Source: a virus. Taken from it: 64,000 bases of DNA. Shown here in pieces: positions 9,274-18,810 of this stretch (positions within the stretch are counted from its first letter, which is position 1; each line of letters begins with the position of its first letter). Below the pieces are notes generated by a model that was not told the DNA's origin, searched no databases, and saw nothing but the letters and a program-made list of their open reading frames with translations. The translations under genes were made by a program, and so were the position numbers. Location: the IMG/VR virus record IMGVR_UViG_3300042008_000003, positions 1 through 64,000 of that record, one strand, 5' to 3'.

Positions 9274-9546
9274 TCACTTAACTAGTTCTAAATATGGTTT
9301 ATCTGTAAAAAGTAGGTACTGATCATACTCAATTCCGTCAAAAACTAGCTCAGAAAACTCTGCTTTTCTTTTAAACTTTTTACAAATATTGGTTATTGTC
9401 TCTTTGTTACATTTCAAAACTGTTCTATTATCTGAGACAACCCTGCGTTCCATGTCCATATGGATCATCCCACATTCATATCCAGCTGTAAAATTAACAG
9501 ACTGGTCTTCAAATTTAATTACTAATCCAAATTCTGCACTTTCCAT
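9274..9546 (-). CDS. hypothetical protein
   Basis: ORF with RBS. Confidence 0.65.
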   Translation of the reverse strand: MESAEFGLVIKFEDQSVNFTAGYECGMIHMDMERRVVSDNRTVLKCNKETITNICKKFKRKAEFSELVFDGIEYDQYLLFTDKPYLELVK

Positions 9547-9557
9547 TAAGATACCCC

Positions 9558-9842
9558 TTAAATCGTTATCCCGCTATTTATAGAACACTTCTTAACCAAA
9601 TAAGTGTGAATATCTTTAATTGTTTCCTCTGTAAAGCTATACCCTTCCTTAGACTCCTCAATCACAAGCTCTCGTGTAACATCCCAAGCTTTAGATTGAC
9701 ATTCTTTGAACACAGCATCATGCCATCTGTTATACATTGGCGATGTGATGACAACATTCTGCTTTGGTGGAGCAATTGTACAACCTGTTATCACAACAGT
9801 CAAGGATATTGTCAGGATAAGCTTTACAGAAGAAATATTCAT
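9558..9842 (-). CDS. putative lipoprotein
   Basis: signal peptide ending in lipobox-like VITGC. Confidence 0.6.
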   Translation of the reverse strand: MNISSVKLILTISLTVVITGCTIAPPKQNVVITSPMYNRWHDAVFKECQSKAWDVTRELVIEESKEGYSFTEETIKDIHTYLVKKCSINSGITI

Positions 9843-10033
9843 TTTGGTTTGTCCTTGAGGGGCTTCCTCAGTGAGACTTAGTTAATTTATCAAACTCTAC
9901 ACATTTAACTTCCTTTGTTCCATCATCTTTAAACACTCCAATCACTTGCATCTTTGTAAAGTCTAATTGATTGCATTTACGATCTGCGTGTTTACATTCA
10001 CAACACATGAAGCCTCTAGGGATGTGTGTGGGT

Positions 10034-10222
10034 TCAGCCATTTCTCTCCTCCTTTAGTGATTCAATATAATCCAATACATCTTGAGTCTGTTGTACAGCA
10101 TAAGAAATAAGTTCATTAGGTTCTACACCACAAGCTTTAGATATTTTTGTGCAACGATTATTGCACTTTTGTAGGTCTTTGTGCAATAATTCTAGCTGTT
10201 TTACAAGTTGATCCTTGTTCAC
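10034..10222 (-). CDS. hypothetical protein
   Basis: GAGGAGG RBS. Confidence 0.6.
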   Translation of the reverse strand: MNKDQLVKQLELLHKDLQKCNNRCTKISKACGVEPNELISYAVQQTQDVLDYIESLKEERNG

Positions 10223-10352
10223 TCCAGATCCTCCTCAATAATCTCTGGAAAATTATAACCCTCATAAATATATAGGTCACAAGACCAATTCATACTGGAC
10301 CATCGACATAAAGCCATAAAACCTCCTAATTAATTTATAAATATATAATAAC

Positions 10353-10388
10353 AAAAAGAGCAGCTAACCCGCAAGGACTAGCTGCTCT
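10353..10388 (-). terminator. rho-independent terminator
   Basis: AGAGCAGCTA/TAGCTGCTCT 10-bp stem with A-tract on the left. Confidence 0.7.
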
Positions 10389-10396
10389 AATTCTTT

Positions 10397-10579
10397 CTAT
10401 TGATTAAACAATTCTGATACATTTTCCTCATAGTACTCTCTAACCATCTGATTAATATCCCTATCAGACCAGTTCATTCCCACAATAATCTCTACAGCAT
10501 TCTCTGGGCTCCCAGATTGCCAATCAAACATACCCACCCAGCACCAATTACCATTAGGGAATAGATAAATTCTGTCCAT
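10397..10579 (-). CDS. hypothetical protein
   Basis: ORF, GAGGA RBS. Confidence 0.6.
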   Translation of the reverse strand: MDRIYLFPNGNWCWVGMFDWQSGSPENAVEIIVGMNWSDRDINQMVREYYEENVSELFNQ

Positions 10580-10588
10580 AGATATTCC

Positions 10589-10999
10589 TCACAGATATTT
10601 AGAATAAAGCATGTATTCATATTCTTTATCAAGAAAATTTACGAGATTACTTGAGACGTAAATATGACCAGTTTTCTTATTCAACTGTAGGCTAACAATA
10701 TTCACAATTTTAGCAGCCCGTGCTTTACGAACCTTATATGGGCTGAAGTCAAATGGAACTTTGTAGAAATAGCCACTATGATCGGCATAGTGATTATTAT
10801 GCAATTTCACAGCAGTGTGTATCGAAATGCTCCGGCGAGCTTTATTCTCGTAGTCATAGCTTACAAAGTGTGGGGAACCGAATAGACGACCTTCGTATTC
10901 ATAACTAAGTCCATGCATGAATTCTGTTAAAGACTTGAATTGAAGCTTATATGTGTCAATGATTTCTTCTGGTAGAAGGATGTTCTCTGTAGCTGTCAT
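10589..10999 (-). CDS. hypothetical protein
   Basis: ORF, AAGGAG RBS. Confidence 0.7.
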   Translation of the reverse strand: MTATENILLPEEIIDTYKLQFKSLTEFMHGLSYEYEGRLFGSPHFVSYDYENKARRSISIHTAVKLHNNHYADHSGYFYKVPFDFSPYKVRKARAAKIVNIVSLQLNKKTGHIYVSSNLVNFLDKEYEYMLYSKYL

Positions 11000-11010
11000 T
11001 TAGGTTCTCC

Positions 11011-11343
11011 TTATGGGTATTTAATATACTTGATAGTAGGTGTATATTCAGATTCATCGAATAGCTTATGATACTCATCAATCTGAGCTTTAGCCCAATC
11101 CAAGCCCTTAACGTCATCTAGTTCACAATTATTAATACAATTGACATCCGCTTGGTAAGCAAGTTCTCCTTTTTGAGTATCACAAAACATGTATTCAAGC
11201 AATGTTGCATAAGGCACTTCAACAAAATCAACCCATGTTGTAATCTTGGTAAGAGGATAACGATATTCTACCTGTGCTTTATAATTTACTGAGTTTAGTT
11301 TTTCAGTGACTTGAATTCGTGTGTTCCGTGTATATGGCATCAT
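11011..11343 (-). CDS. hypothetical protein
   Basis: ORF, AAGGAG RBS. Confidence 0.7.
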   Translation of the reverse strand: MMPYTRNTRIQVTEKLNSVNYKAQVEYRYPLTKITTWVDFVEVPYATLLEYMFCDTQKGELAYQADVNCINNCELDDVKGLDWAKAQIDEYHKLFDESEYTPTIKYIKYP

Positions 11344-11352
11344 TACTCTCCT

Positions 11353-11760
11353 TTAAATTTTGATTACTTCAACACCTTGACTTTTGAGGTATGCTAAACC
11401 CTCAACTGTCCTATATTCGTTACGATACCACACTCTTTTAATCTTTGCAGCTACTATCTTCAAACTACAATTCAAACAAGGGCTATGACTTACGAACATC
11501 TCAGCACCTTCTGATGTTTCAGTGCTTAGGTACAACTTCTCTAATGCAGCAGCTTCAGCGTGTCTTACAGTAGGCAATGTTTGCCCATATTCATCCTCAC
11601 AAATCTCTGTTTCCCACTTAGGTGGTTGACCATTTGTCCCAAGGCTTATGCAAGAATCATTTTTATAAATCATTGCACCAACCTTTAGCCTCTGTGCTTC
11701 TGAAGTTTCTCCAAACCTGCAAGTCATATCCATTAAAGCTAATGCGTATTTTTCTTTCAT
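11353..11760 (-). CDS. dCMP deaminase
   Basis: RLKVGA, HAE and PCxxC zinc-deaminase motifs. Confidence 0.92.
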   Translation of the reverse strand: MKEKYALALMDMTCRFGETSEAQRLKVGAMIYKNDSCISLGTNGQPPKWETEICEDEYGQTLPTVRHAEAAALEKLYLSTETSEGAEMFVSHSPCLNCSLKIVAAKIKRVWYRNEYRTVEGLAYLKSQGVEVIKI

Positions 11761-12068
11761 TGTGTCTTCTTCAATTGGCTTGCAAAACCCTTTCTACTAT
11801 TAGAACCGTAGGCGCTATATCCACCATCTTCACGACTAGATTTAGTCTTGATGGTCTTCGATGTCTTCACTGTATAAAAGTTTTCCCCGTATCGCTCATT
11901 ACAAGCTCGTTGAGCCTCTGATCGATCTGATGTGTGGAAATAAACATAATTTTGCATACTGTCCATGCAGAAGTATGTGGCAGGCTCAATGAATGAGTAA
12001 TCAGTGTATGTGATGTAATCTACAACCGTGATTTTAACTTCCTTAACCTTCTTTTCACTCATTGCCAA
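11757..12068 (-). CDS. hypothetical protein
   Basis: ORF with RBS. Confidence 0.65.
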   Translation of the reverse strand: MAMSEKKVKEVKITVVDYITYTDYSFIEPATYFCMDSMQNYVYFHTSDRSEAQRACNERYGENFYTVKTSKTIKTKSSREDGGYSAYGSNSRKGFASQLKKTQ

Positions 12069-12258
12069 TCTCCCTGAGCGTATTCTAGGTCAACCTCCAT
12101 ATTCCAGAAAGGGTCTACATCAAAGTTGTGCTCATGTATACACAAAAAATCCTCGTAGTCATCGCCAAGCTCATAAAGCAAGTCATTCAAATTCATTCTA
12201 TTCTCCTTTGTGTTAATCTGTCGCTATTGTAAGCCGACAGATTGGGGTCAGTCAATAA

Positions 12259-13029
12259 CTATTTTACAATTACTTCGCCACGGTATGGTTTGACAGGTTT
12301 TGGTTTAGATAGCTTCTTCTCTTTAGCCTCCCGTGCAGCAAGGGCTTTCTTAACACCAGCCTCTACAGCTTTCTCAATGATTTCTTCTAGGCTGAACTCT
12401 GGGGAATCTTCATCTTCTAGAGCCAGACTCTGATTGCGAGGACAGCTTTCGTCTCCACAATTACACGGCTGTGAGTTCCGATATTCATAAAAACCTTCCA
12501 TACGGCGTTCCAGCTCTTTTGCACCGAACCAGAACTCTTTACCATCATTACATAAAAGGATTTCATCGTCATTTAACAGACCCTTATATGTTGAGGTGAT
12601 TTCCTCCTCAAGCTGTTTAATACCAAACTCAGTCTGGGATTTCACATCAGGATTCTTACCGATAGACCCCCAAAAGGCACAATGCGCCATAAACTGGATA
12701 TGGTCAGCCCAATCATGCTGTTTACACGCCAAAAATACCCCTGTTGCAGCGCTCATGCAGTCATATTCAATAAATCCAACTACGTTAGCTTGAGATTCTT
12801 GAATTGCATTAATGATCATTCGTTCAGATGATACTGCACCACCTCTACTATTGATACGAATAATCACCTCGTCCTGTGGGCCACTGGTGCGAAGAGTGTT
12901 GCATAGGCTTACGTAATTTTCAGGTTCTGTAATAGGACCAGTAAGGTAGTAAGTATGTTGCTGTCCACGTACTTCTGTTGTAAAGACGTTCTGTGGTGGG
13001 AACATCGGAATAAAACTTTCTTCGCTCAT
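12259..13029 (-). CDS. ClpP-like ATP-dependent protease proteolytic subunit
   Basis: IRINSRGG, CMSAAT (catalytic Ser), FMAH; typical neighbour of phoH. Confidence 0.8.
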   Translation of the reverse strand: MSEESFIPMFPPQNVFTTEVRGQQHTYYLTGPITEPENYVSLCNTLRTSGPQDEVIIRINSRGGAVSSERMIINAIQESQANVVGFIEYDCMSAATGVFLACKQHDWADHIQFMAHCAFWGSIGKNPDVKSQTEFGIKQLEEEITSTYKGLLNDDEILLCNDGKEFWFGAKELERRMEGFYEYRNSQPCNCGDESCPRNQSLALEDEDSPEFSLEEIIEKAVEAGVKKALAAREAKEKKLSKPKPVKPYRGEVIVK

Positions 13030-13796
13030 AGGATAGTCTCCGGGACAGTATAGTTAATAAATGCTTGGTATGCACGTTCGTCTAACACATCTTTATACTT
13101 TTCAGCCCTTTCCTTTACAAGACATTCCTTGAACTCTTTATATACAGCAAATGCCTCAGTTGCACACTTATAGCGGCCTAAGTTTTTGTTTTTACCATTA
13201 ATTGCACAAGAAACAATATACTTCTGCGCACTGGTTTGGAAAGAAATACCCGCTGGTGTGCCTTTACCCGGCTTCACTTGTGTAACAATAATAGAATTTA
13301 GTTCTGGGGGCACAAATACGCACGTTTCAGGACCATAAACTTTATTACCTTGCACCAACACGTCCTTATCAAGTACATGTCCCATATTGTGTCCCGGTTG
13401 CCACTGGCACCATTCAGCAAACTCCTGAAAATTATGCCATTGTTCGTCTACTGAACATCCAACATAGGTTGGGAAACGTTGATGATATCCTTCATAATAG
13501 CTTCTTGTTAACATACTGGACCAATGAACATACTCGGGCGTTGTATCTATACCCTCCTTTGCTTTATATGGCCCAACCCCAAAGAATCCAATCCCTCTTA
13601 CTTGTGGATGAAAAGGATTTTTCACCCTACCAGTTAAAAGCTCTTGTGTAGCTGTAATTTTTTCATGGCCAGCGTAATCAATAAACTTTACTGTAATTTT
13701 ATTACATGCTTCATATTTTATGACTTCTACAGTACAACCTTGTCTTGTAGGGAACTTATCCCCAGCTTTAATTTTAGTTGAAAATACACCACCCAC
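13026..13796 (-). CDS. HNH-related homing endonuclease
   Basis: WSSMLTR, W.NFQ.FA.W, LDKD.L..GNK.YGPETC.FVP, C-terminal AP2-like NLGRY. Confidence 0.8.
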   Translation of the reverse strand: MGGVFSTKIKAGDKFPTRQGCTVEVIKYEACNKITVKFIDYAGHEKITATQELLTGRVKNPFHPQVRGIGFFGVGPYKAKEGIDTTPEYVHWSSMLTRSYYEGYHQRFPTYVGCSVDEQWHNFQEFAEWCQWQPGHNMGHVLDKDVLVQGNKVYGPETCVFVPPELNSIIVTQVKPGKGTPAGISFQTSAQKYIVSCAINGKNKNLGRYKCATEAFAVYKEFKECLVKERAEKYKDVLDERAYQAFINYTVPETIL

Positions 13797-14596
13797 TAAA
13801 CTTCTCCTTTTTCTTCTTTACGATATGCAATGATCCAGTCTTTGCACTGTTTGCTACGAACAATGTCATTGATATTATCAAAATCTACAAAACCAACATC
13901 AAGATGTGGATGTTTTTGAACCATATCTGTTAAATGACGCAGCCCACTGTTCTGATTTAACTCACTCTGTCCAACATCACCGGCAAGAATAAGCTTACAG
14001 TTCTTGCCTTGTCGGGTTACAAGCTTTTTAGCTTCATCCCGAGAAACGTCTTCTGCCTCGTCCACGATAAACCAGCAATTTTCTGCACTGAAGCCTTTAA
14101 TAGTTTCAAGAGGAAGAAAAATAATCTGTCCATGCTTCAAAGCAATTTCAAGTGCAGCTACTCCAATACGCTCATTTAAGATTGAAATTACTGGAGCAAG
14201 CCATTGAGTCATCTTTTCTTCAGCTGACCCTTTGAACATACCCAACGATTTACTATTGGAAATATTAGGACGACTAAAAATAATACGATCAATCTTGCCC
14301 AAGCGGAACAAATCACAAGCCATCATTGTAGGAATAAAGGTCTTCGATGTTCCCGGAAGGCCAGTCGCTATAACCATATCCTTTTCATTAAGTAGTCGAA
14401 TGTATTCAGCTTGCTTTTCATTCATAGGTTTGAGTGGTGCAAGCTTTTGTACGTGTTCGCGCTCCTCTTTAAACTTTGTAGCACTAATTGTTGCTTCTGG
14501 TTTCCCACCCTGCCTTGTGCGACGAGTCTTTTTACGGGGCTGAATCACTTCAACACCGTCCACTACTTCGATGAAACCGCGAGCATGACCACCCAT
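13796..14596 (-). CDS. phoH: PhoH-like ATPase
   Basis: N.KQ..Y, GLPGTSKT Walker A, IVDEAE, TRQG.N.K.IL.GD..QS.L. Confidence 0.93.
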   Translation of the reverse strand: MGGHARGFIEVVDGVEVIQPRKKTRRTRQGGKPEATISATKFKEEREHVQKLAPLKPMNEKQAEYIRLLNEKDMVIATGLPGTSKTFIPTMMACDLFRLGKIDRIIFSRPNISNSKSLGMFKGSAEEKMTQWLAPVISILNERIGVAALEIALKHGQIIFLPLETIKGFSAENCWFIVDEAEDVSRDEAKKLVTRQGKNCKLILAGDVGQSELNQNSGLRHLTDMVQKHPHLDVGFVDFDNINDIVRSKQCKDWIIAYRKEEKGEV

Positions 14597-14688
14597 AGTA
14601 TATTTCCCTTCTCTAGTTAAGTTTCAAAACTACTTCACTTTGTATGACCATAACCTAACACTTCTTGCTACTCTGTATGCCTATACAC

Positions 14689-14877
14689 TTACAGATCCTT
14701 CATCTCTGTCTCAATCGTCGCAATAGCCTTCTCAAAAGAGACATCACCCTCCACTAGTGTAGCAACTGTCGCAATGATATTCAAGAGATATTCTTTACCA
14801 TCACCCACATAATACACTAAACCAGATTCTGATGTGTATACTCCGTTTGATAGGGTTCCTCGTGTATTACCGACCAT
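14689..14877 (-). CDS. hypothetical protein
   Basis: ORF in operon. Confidence 0.55.
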   Translation of the reverse strand: MVGNTRGTLSNGVYTSESGLVYYVGDGKEYLLNIIATVATLVEGDVSFEKAIATIETEMKDL

Positions 14878-15070
14878 CTAGTTTATCTCCTTGCTCACCA
14901 CACCATTGATAATAAGACTCCAGCAACCCTTGGGCTTTTTGAAGTTTCTTTTTCATGTTCTTGGGTGCCTTTTCTCCTACGGGATGATTTAACAATTCTC
15001 TTTCAATTAGCACCTGAATTACAAATGTTGTGTGTAAAGCTTCATGATAATGGAATTTGTCTAACTTCAT
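14867..15070 (-). CDS. hypothetical protein
   Basis: AGGAGAG RBS. Confidence 0.65.
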   Translation of the reverse strand: MKLDKFHYHEALHTTFVIQVLIERELLNHPVGEKAPKNMKKKLQKAQGLLESYYQWCGEQGDKLDGR

Positions 15071-15081
15071 ATTATCTCTCC

Positions 15082-15417
15082 TTAAAAGTCTTCAACGATC
15101 TGCTGATAACTAGCAGCATTCTTCAACACAGATTCTAGCACTTTCCCTTGATAAGTCAAGCCATTATGAATAATCACTAAGAATTCTTTTTCAAATGGCA
15201 CTTGCAAGCAATTATCTGTGTACTTAAGTCTCTTCAAAGGCAACCCTTCAGTATTCCCATACTTTGCATCAAAGGCTATTACGCCTGATACGCTACGGAT
15301 ATTACCTTCATAGAAATGTAAAAATCCACTCTTGCAGCGAAAGACAAGTGATGTACGCTCATCGTTAATGATTAGGCTGTCTAGTGTTTCTCGTTTAAGT
15401 TCTTTGAAATCTGTCAC
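15082..15417 (-). CDS. hypothetical protein
   Basis: ORF, coupled. Confidence 0.65.
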   Translation of the reverse strand: MTDFKELKRETLDSLIINDERTSLVFRCKSGFLHFYEGNIRSVSGVIAFDAKYGNTEGLPLKRLKYTDNCLQVPFEKEFLVIIHNGLTYQGKVLESVLKNAASYQQIVEDF

Positions 15418-15677
15418 TCTTTAATTACCTCAAAATCTGTGATAGAAAAGTCCCAACATGCTGGATATATGCATTGACCATACTCCGTATATTCCCCGTT
15501 ATCCCTATCTACATCTAAACTATATAACCCGTCACCATTAGTTAGAATATCTGCTTCATACTCAATAAGCTCTTTTTCAATATCTTCTAGACCACAAACT
15601 GTGATTTTACCATTTATTTCATAAATAAATGTGTCCACATCTCCAAACTTCATGACCTTAATTTTAATACTCATCAT
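15414..15677 (-). CDS. hypothetical protein
   Basis: ORF, coupled. Confidence 0.65.
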   Translation of the reverse strand: MMSIKIKVMKFGDVDTFIYEINGKITVCGLEDIEKELIEYEADILTNGDGLYSLDVDRDNGEYTEYGQCIYPACWDFSITDFEVIKE

Positions 15678-15922
15678 TTATCCTCATGATTTGGTAGTAC
15701 ATTCTCTCTAGTGTAGAGGTTATTGGCCTTCAAGACTGAGGATAGCACACGATTCTCTTCTGTCAAAGCTTTCTTTTCCTCCAATGTCTGTTTCACCAAA
15801 TATTCCAATGCCTTGTAGTAAGGCATGTCCAGGATATTTGGGCGCATAAGTAATTCCTGAATCGTTCCCGACAGGCGATCTGGATCAAGATTCAACAACC
15901 AACGTATCTCGTTTTCTTTCAT
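15674..15922 (-). CDS. hypothetical protein
   Basis: GAGGA RBS. Confidence 0.65.
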   Translation of the reverse strand: MKENEIRWLLNLDPDRLSGTIQELLMRPNILDMPYYKALEYLVKQTLEEKKALTEENRVLSSVLKANNLYTRENVLPNHEDK

Positions 15923-15950
15923 GTGTTTTCCTCGGTAATTCTGGATTTAT

Positions 15951-16259
15951 TCATACTTCCCTGCCGTGTGCACAAATGCACCAATCAATAAAACTCTGAT
16001 ACTCGGCTTGATCTATTGAAATCAGCTCTGCTTGAGAAATAGCATACTCAACATCACCACGAATGTAGTCATTAAACCATTGAGTAAGATGGCCTTCATC
16101 ACTAATCATCTTATCCTTAAGCTGTTCATGAGTCTGCGGTTCAGTGATATCATCCTCACGCCGCCACTGAATAGCTGTATCTGCATAATCCTCAGCTATT
16201 CGTTCAGGAGACCATCGGTAGGTGTGTCCAAAGTTAGTCTTAACAATAAATTCTTTCAT
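15951..16259 (-). CDS. hypothetical protein
   Basis: GGAGGGG RBS before MKEF. Confidence 0.65.
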   Translation of the reverse strand: MKEFIVKTNFGHTYRWSPERIAEDYADTAIQWRREDDITEPQTHEQLKDKMISDEGHLTQWFNDYIRGDVEYAISQAELISIDQAEYQSFIDWCICAHGREV

Positions 16260-16600
16260 TTTAATCCCCTCCATAAAATTTAAAGTGTTCCTTAATTTCC
16301 TCAAGCAACTGTTTCTCAAGACTTCCTCTGAAGAACTGCCCTGAATCTATATCTATACTATAGTACAACCTAAACAAAAGCTCCTGTGCTTGCTCAGCTT
16401 CTTGTAATATTGTCACAAGTGATTTTAATTCCATCAAACCCTCCAGCAGCTATTCATGTTATAAGGCGGTACAAGGTAAATTTCAGCAAATGCGTTCGCA
16501 GATTCTCTTGTGGAGAACTCAGCTAGCTTCTCACGTTTGTAAAATATTGCAAAGCGTTTCTTGCCATAGGGTTTTTCTATTAGTTTTAGTTTTGTCATTA

Positions 16601-16792
16601 CTAAATACCCTCCCTTTGCTTGGAAATATTACCCCTCTCAAGCAAAATAACACTTTCTATATTTTTTAGTATAGACAATAAACTCTTAACTCTCCCTTTC
16701 TTTCCAGAGTTCATTGCTAATTCTAGCTGACCTCTAGTAAAAGCTCTTGCTATACATAGCCCTTCGATTACACCTTCATTCCAAATAGTCAT
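16601..16792 (-). CDS. hypothetical protein (first gene of leftward operon)
   Basis: directly downstream of promoter. Confidence 0.55.
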   Translation of the reverse strand: MTIWNEGVIEGLCIARAFTRGQLELAMNSGKKGRVKSLLSILKNIESVILLERGNISKQREGI

Positions 16793-16822
16793 ATCTTCTC
16801 TACTTCTGTATTTGATAGAAGA

Positions 16823-16851
16823 ATCATAGCATAGTGATCCATGGATTGCAA
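16823..16851 (-). promoter_or_regulatory. sigma70-type promoter driving leftward operon
   Basis: minus strand TTGCAA-N17-TATGAT with extended TG. Confidence 0.65.
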
Positions 16852-17055
16852 TAGTATTTTTGAGTAATTTATTTATGGTTAGATTTTATTGGAATAGGTG
16901 GTTGACATAGAACATTTTGTATGACAGTATGATTGGACATTGTGCTTCAGAGAAGGCACATAAATCAAACTATGATAGCTGGGATCTGGCTGTAGGCCAC
17001 ATACTGCCTAGCTTGTAGATAAATTAGACCCCCATATGGTAGAGAGGAGATATAG

Positions 17056-18315
17056 GTGGAGGAGGAAGAGGAGAATGTGAGTACAAGACTACTAACATAC
17101 AATATTAAGGTTGGAGTAGTAGCGAGTAACAAGGTAAGAGCTATGGAGGTTAAATATCCTTCTGTAATGGGTGTAATTATAACCAATATGTTAGCTTGCC
17201 TTAAGAAACAAGATAGATTGATGTACTCAAGACGTAAGCAGTACAAACCTAATGTCAATTCAAACAAGAAGAACATAAATCCAACACAAGTAATTAAATG
17301 TGTTGATATTCTTGTAGAATTAGGATATGCTATCAACGTTATTGGTAATGCACATAGCAACAAGGAGAATAGAACAATGAGCTACATTGTACCTACTGAT
17401 GAATTTATTAAAGAGTTCTGCACAGACGAAGAACAAGCAGAAATAGCTTATAATAGCTACATGTCTGCGTACCAAACGATCCAGCTACGTGATGAGAAGG
17501 GGCTAGATACTAACTTCTTTAATACACAGAGGCTTAAAGAAGCTTCGGAGCTTGTACAGAACTTAAACAAGATCAACGAAGGTTGTGTTATTCGTGTTGG
17601 ATATGCTAAACCTCTAACTAATTTCTACTGCCGTATCTTTAACACTGATATGGATCATGGTGGCAGGTTCTATAAGTCTGACGTACTACGCATTAAAAAT
17701 AAAAAGACCTCCACTCGCCTAGATATTACTATTGATGGTGAGGAGATTGTTGAGGTAGATTATAACTCACTGCATTTCCGTATCTGCGCAGCAAAGGAAG
17801 GTATTGACACATTCAGTCTGCCTAAAGATGTATATATGGATATCCTACCGGATGACGAAAAGACAGACATGAATCGTCTCATCGTAAAGCTTGCAGTTAA
17901 TATCATGTTCAACGCAAAAGATAAGAAGTCTGCACAGAAAGCTATTCAGGAGGAAGTTAACAAATACAAAGATGATCCTGATATGAGCTTTACAAAAGGC
18001 GCATATGTTCACTTTCTTATCATGGAGGCGTTCCCTAAATTCTCAAAGTATTTCTGCCGGGATGATAGCTATGGTCTTCGCTTACAGAACGATGACAGTT
18101 GGCTAGCTCATAAAGTCTTGAAGCATTTCGTTGATCAAGGTAAGCCATGTCTTCCAGTGCATGACAGTTTTATTGTCAAACGAAGTGATATTGATTTACT
18201 GACTAAAGCAATGGGTGACAGCTTCCGTGAACAGTTTGGGGTAGAAGAATGGGTTCCAGTCACTATCAACTGGAAAGACGAAGATGAAATTTACAAGAAG
18301 AGTGTAGTGGTATGA
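17056..18315 (+). CDS. minimal family-A-type (PolA / single-subunit RNAP superfamily) polymerase
   Basis: DxxGGRFY, motif A EVDYNSLHFRI, motif B RLIVKLAVNIMFN, motif C PVHDSF; no exonuclease domains. Confidence 0.75.
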   Translation: MEEEEENVSTRLLTYNIKVGVVASNKVRAMEVKYPSVMGVIITNMLACLKKQDRLMYSRRKQYKPNVNSNKKNINPTQVIKCVDILVELGYAINVIGNAHSNKENRTMSYIVPTDEFIKEFCTDEEQAEIAYNSYMSAYQTIQLRDEKGLDTNFFNTQRLKEASELVQNLNKINEGCVIRVGYAKPLTNFYCRIFNTDMDHGGRFYKSDVLRIKNKKTSTRLDITIDGEEIVEVDYNSLHFRICAAKEGIDTFSLPKDVYMDILPDDEKTDMNRLIVKLAVNIMFNAKDKKSAQKAIQEEVNKYKDDPDMSFTKGAYVHFLIMEAFPKFSKYFCRDDSYGLRLQNDDSWLAHKVLKHFVDQGKPCLPVHDSFIVKRSDIDLLTKAMGDSFREQFGVEEWVPVTINWKDEDEIYKKSVVV

Positions 18316-18536
18316 ATAACACAAATACTTGGTGGTATGGCTTTAAAGAAGCGGAACAACTTTACTATGAGGGTTTTGTTCCTGACTACAGTGATTTTCT
18401 TAGTGATTATATTTATTTTGTCAAGGACTACTGTATGCTGGGTATACCACTGAAACACAAAGAACGAAAAGCTGGAGTTTTAGATTATATTAAGTACTTT
18501 GAAACCAATGAGAAATATATTTCCAAAACCTATTGA
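18312..18536 (+). CDS. hypothetical protein
   Basis: ATGA-coupled to polymerase gene. Confidence 0.6.
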   Translation: MNNTNTWWYGFKEAEQLYYEGFVPDYSDFLSDYIYFVKDYCMLGIPLKHKERKAGVLDYIKYFETNEKYISKTY

Positions 18537-18560
18537 CATTCACTATTCAATAGTGATACT
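18533..18560 (+). promoter_or_regulatory. promoter with palindromic spacer
   Basis: TTGACA-N16-GATACT; TCACTATT-c-AATAGTGA inverted repeat inside. Confidence 0.5.
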
Positions 18561-18593
18561 CTTTATATTATAAATCAAAGAAGGGGTCCACTT

Positions 18594-18770
18594 ATGGGCG
18601 AGATTCATTTCTGTTCCCAGTGTGGACGGATTAACAACTATTGTGTATGTGATATTGAGGTAGAATACCTAGAGGATAGCATTGAAGTGTTTAGGACAGA
18701 ATATTCATTTGAAAGCCTTACTGATCCAGATTTCAGTGTTTACAAAACTATTTTACCTAAATATGAATAA
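18594..18770 (+). CDS. small Cys-rich protein (58 aa; not in ORF track)
   Basis: AAGGGG RBS; MGEIHFCSQCGRINNYCVC...PKYE*. Confidence 0.55.
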   Translation: MGEIHFCSQCGRINNYCVCDIEVEYLEDSIEVFRTEYSFESLTDPDFSVYKTILPKYE

Positions 18771-18774
18771 ATGC

Positions 18775-18803
18775 TTGACAAACAATCAAAAACATGCGAT
18801 GAT
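18775..18803 (+). promoter_or_regulatory. putative promoter for ncRNA/tRNA cluster
   Basis: TTGACA-N17-GATGAT with extended TG. Confidence 0.5.
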
Positions 18804-18810
18804 TAGATAT

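Noticed and set aside
16902-16933. TTGACA...TATGAT promoter for the polymerase gene
   Set aside because: Spacer is 20 bp, too long for a confident sigma70 call
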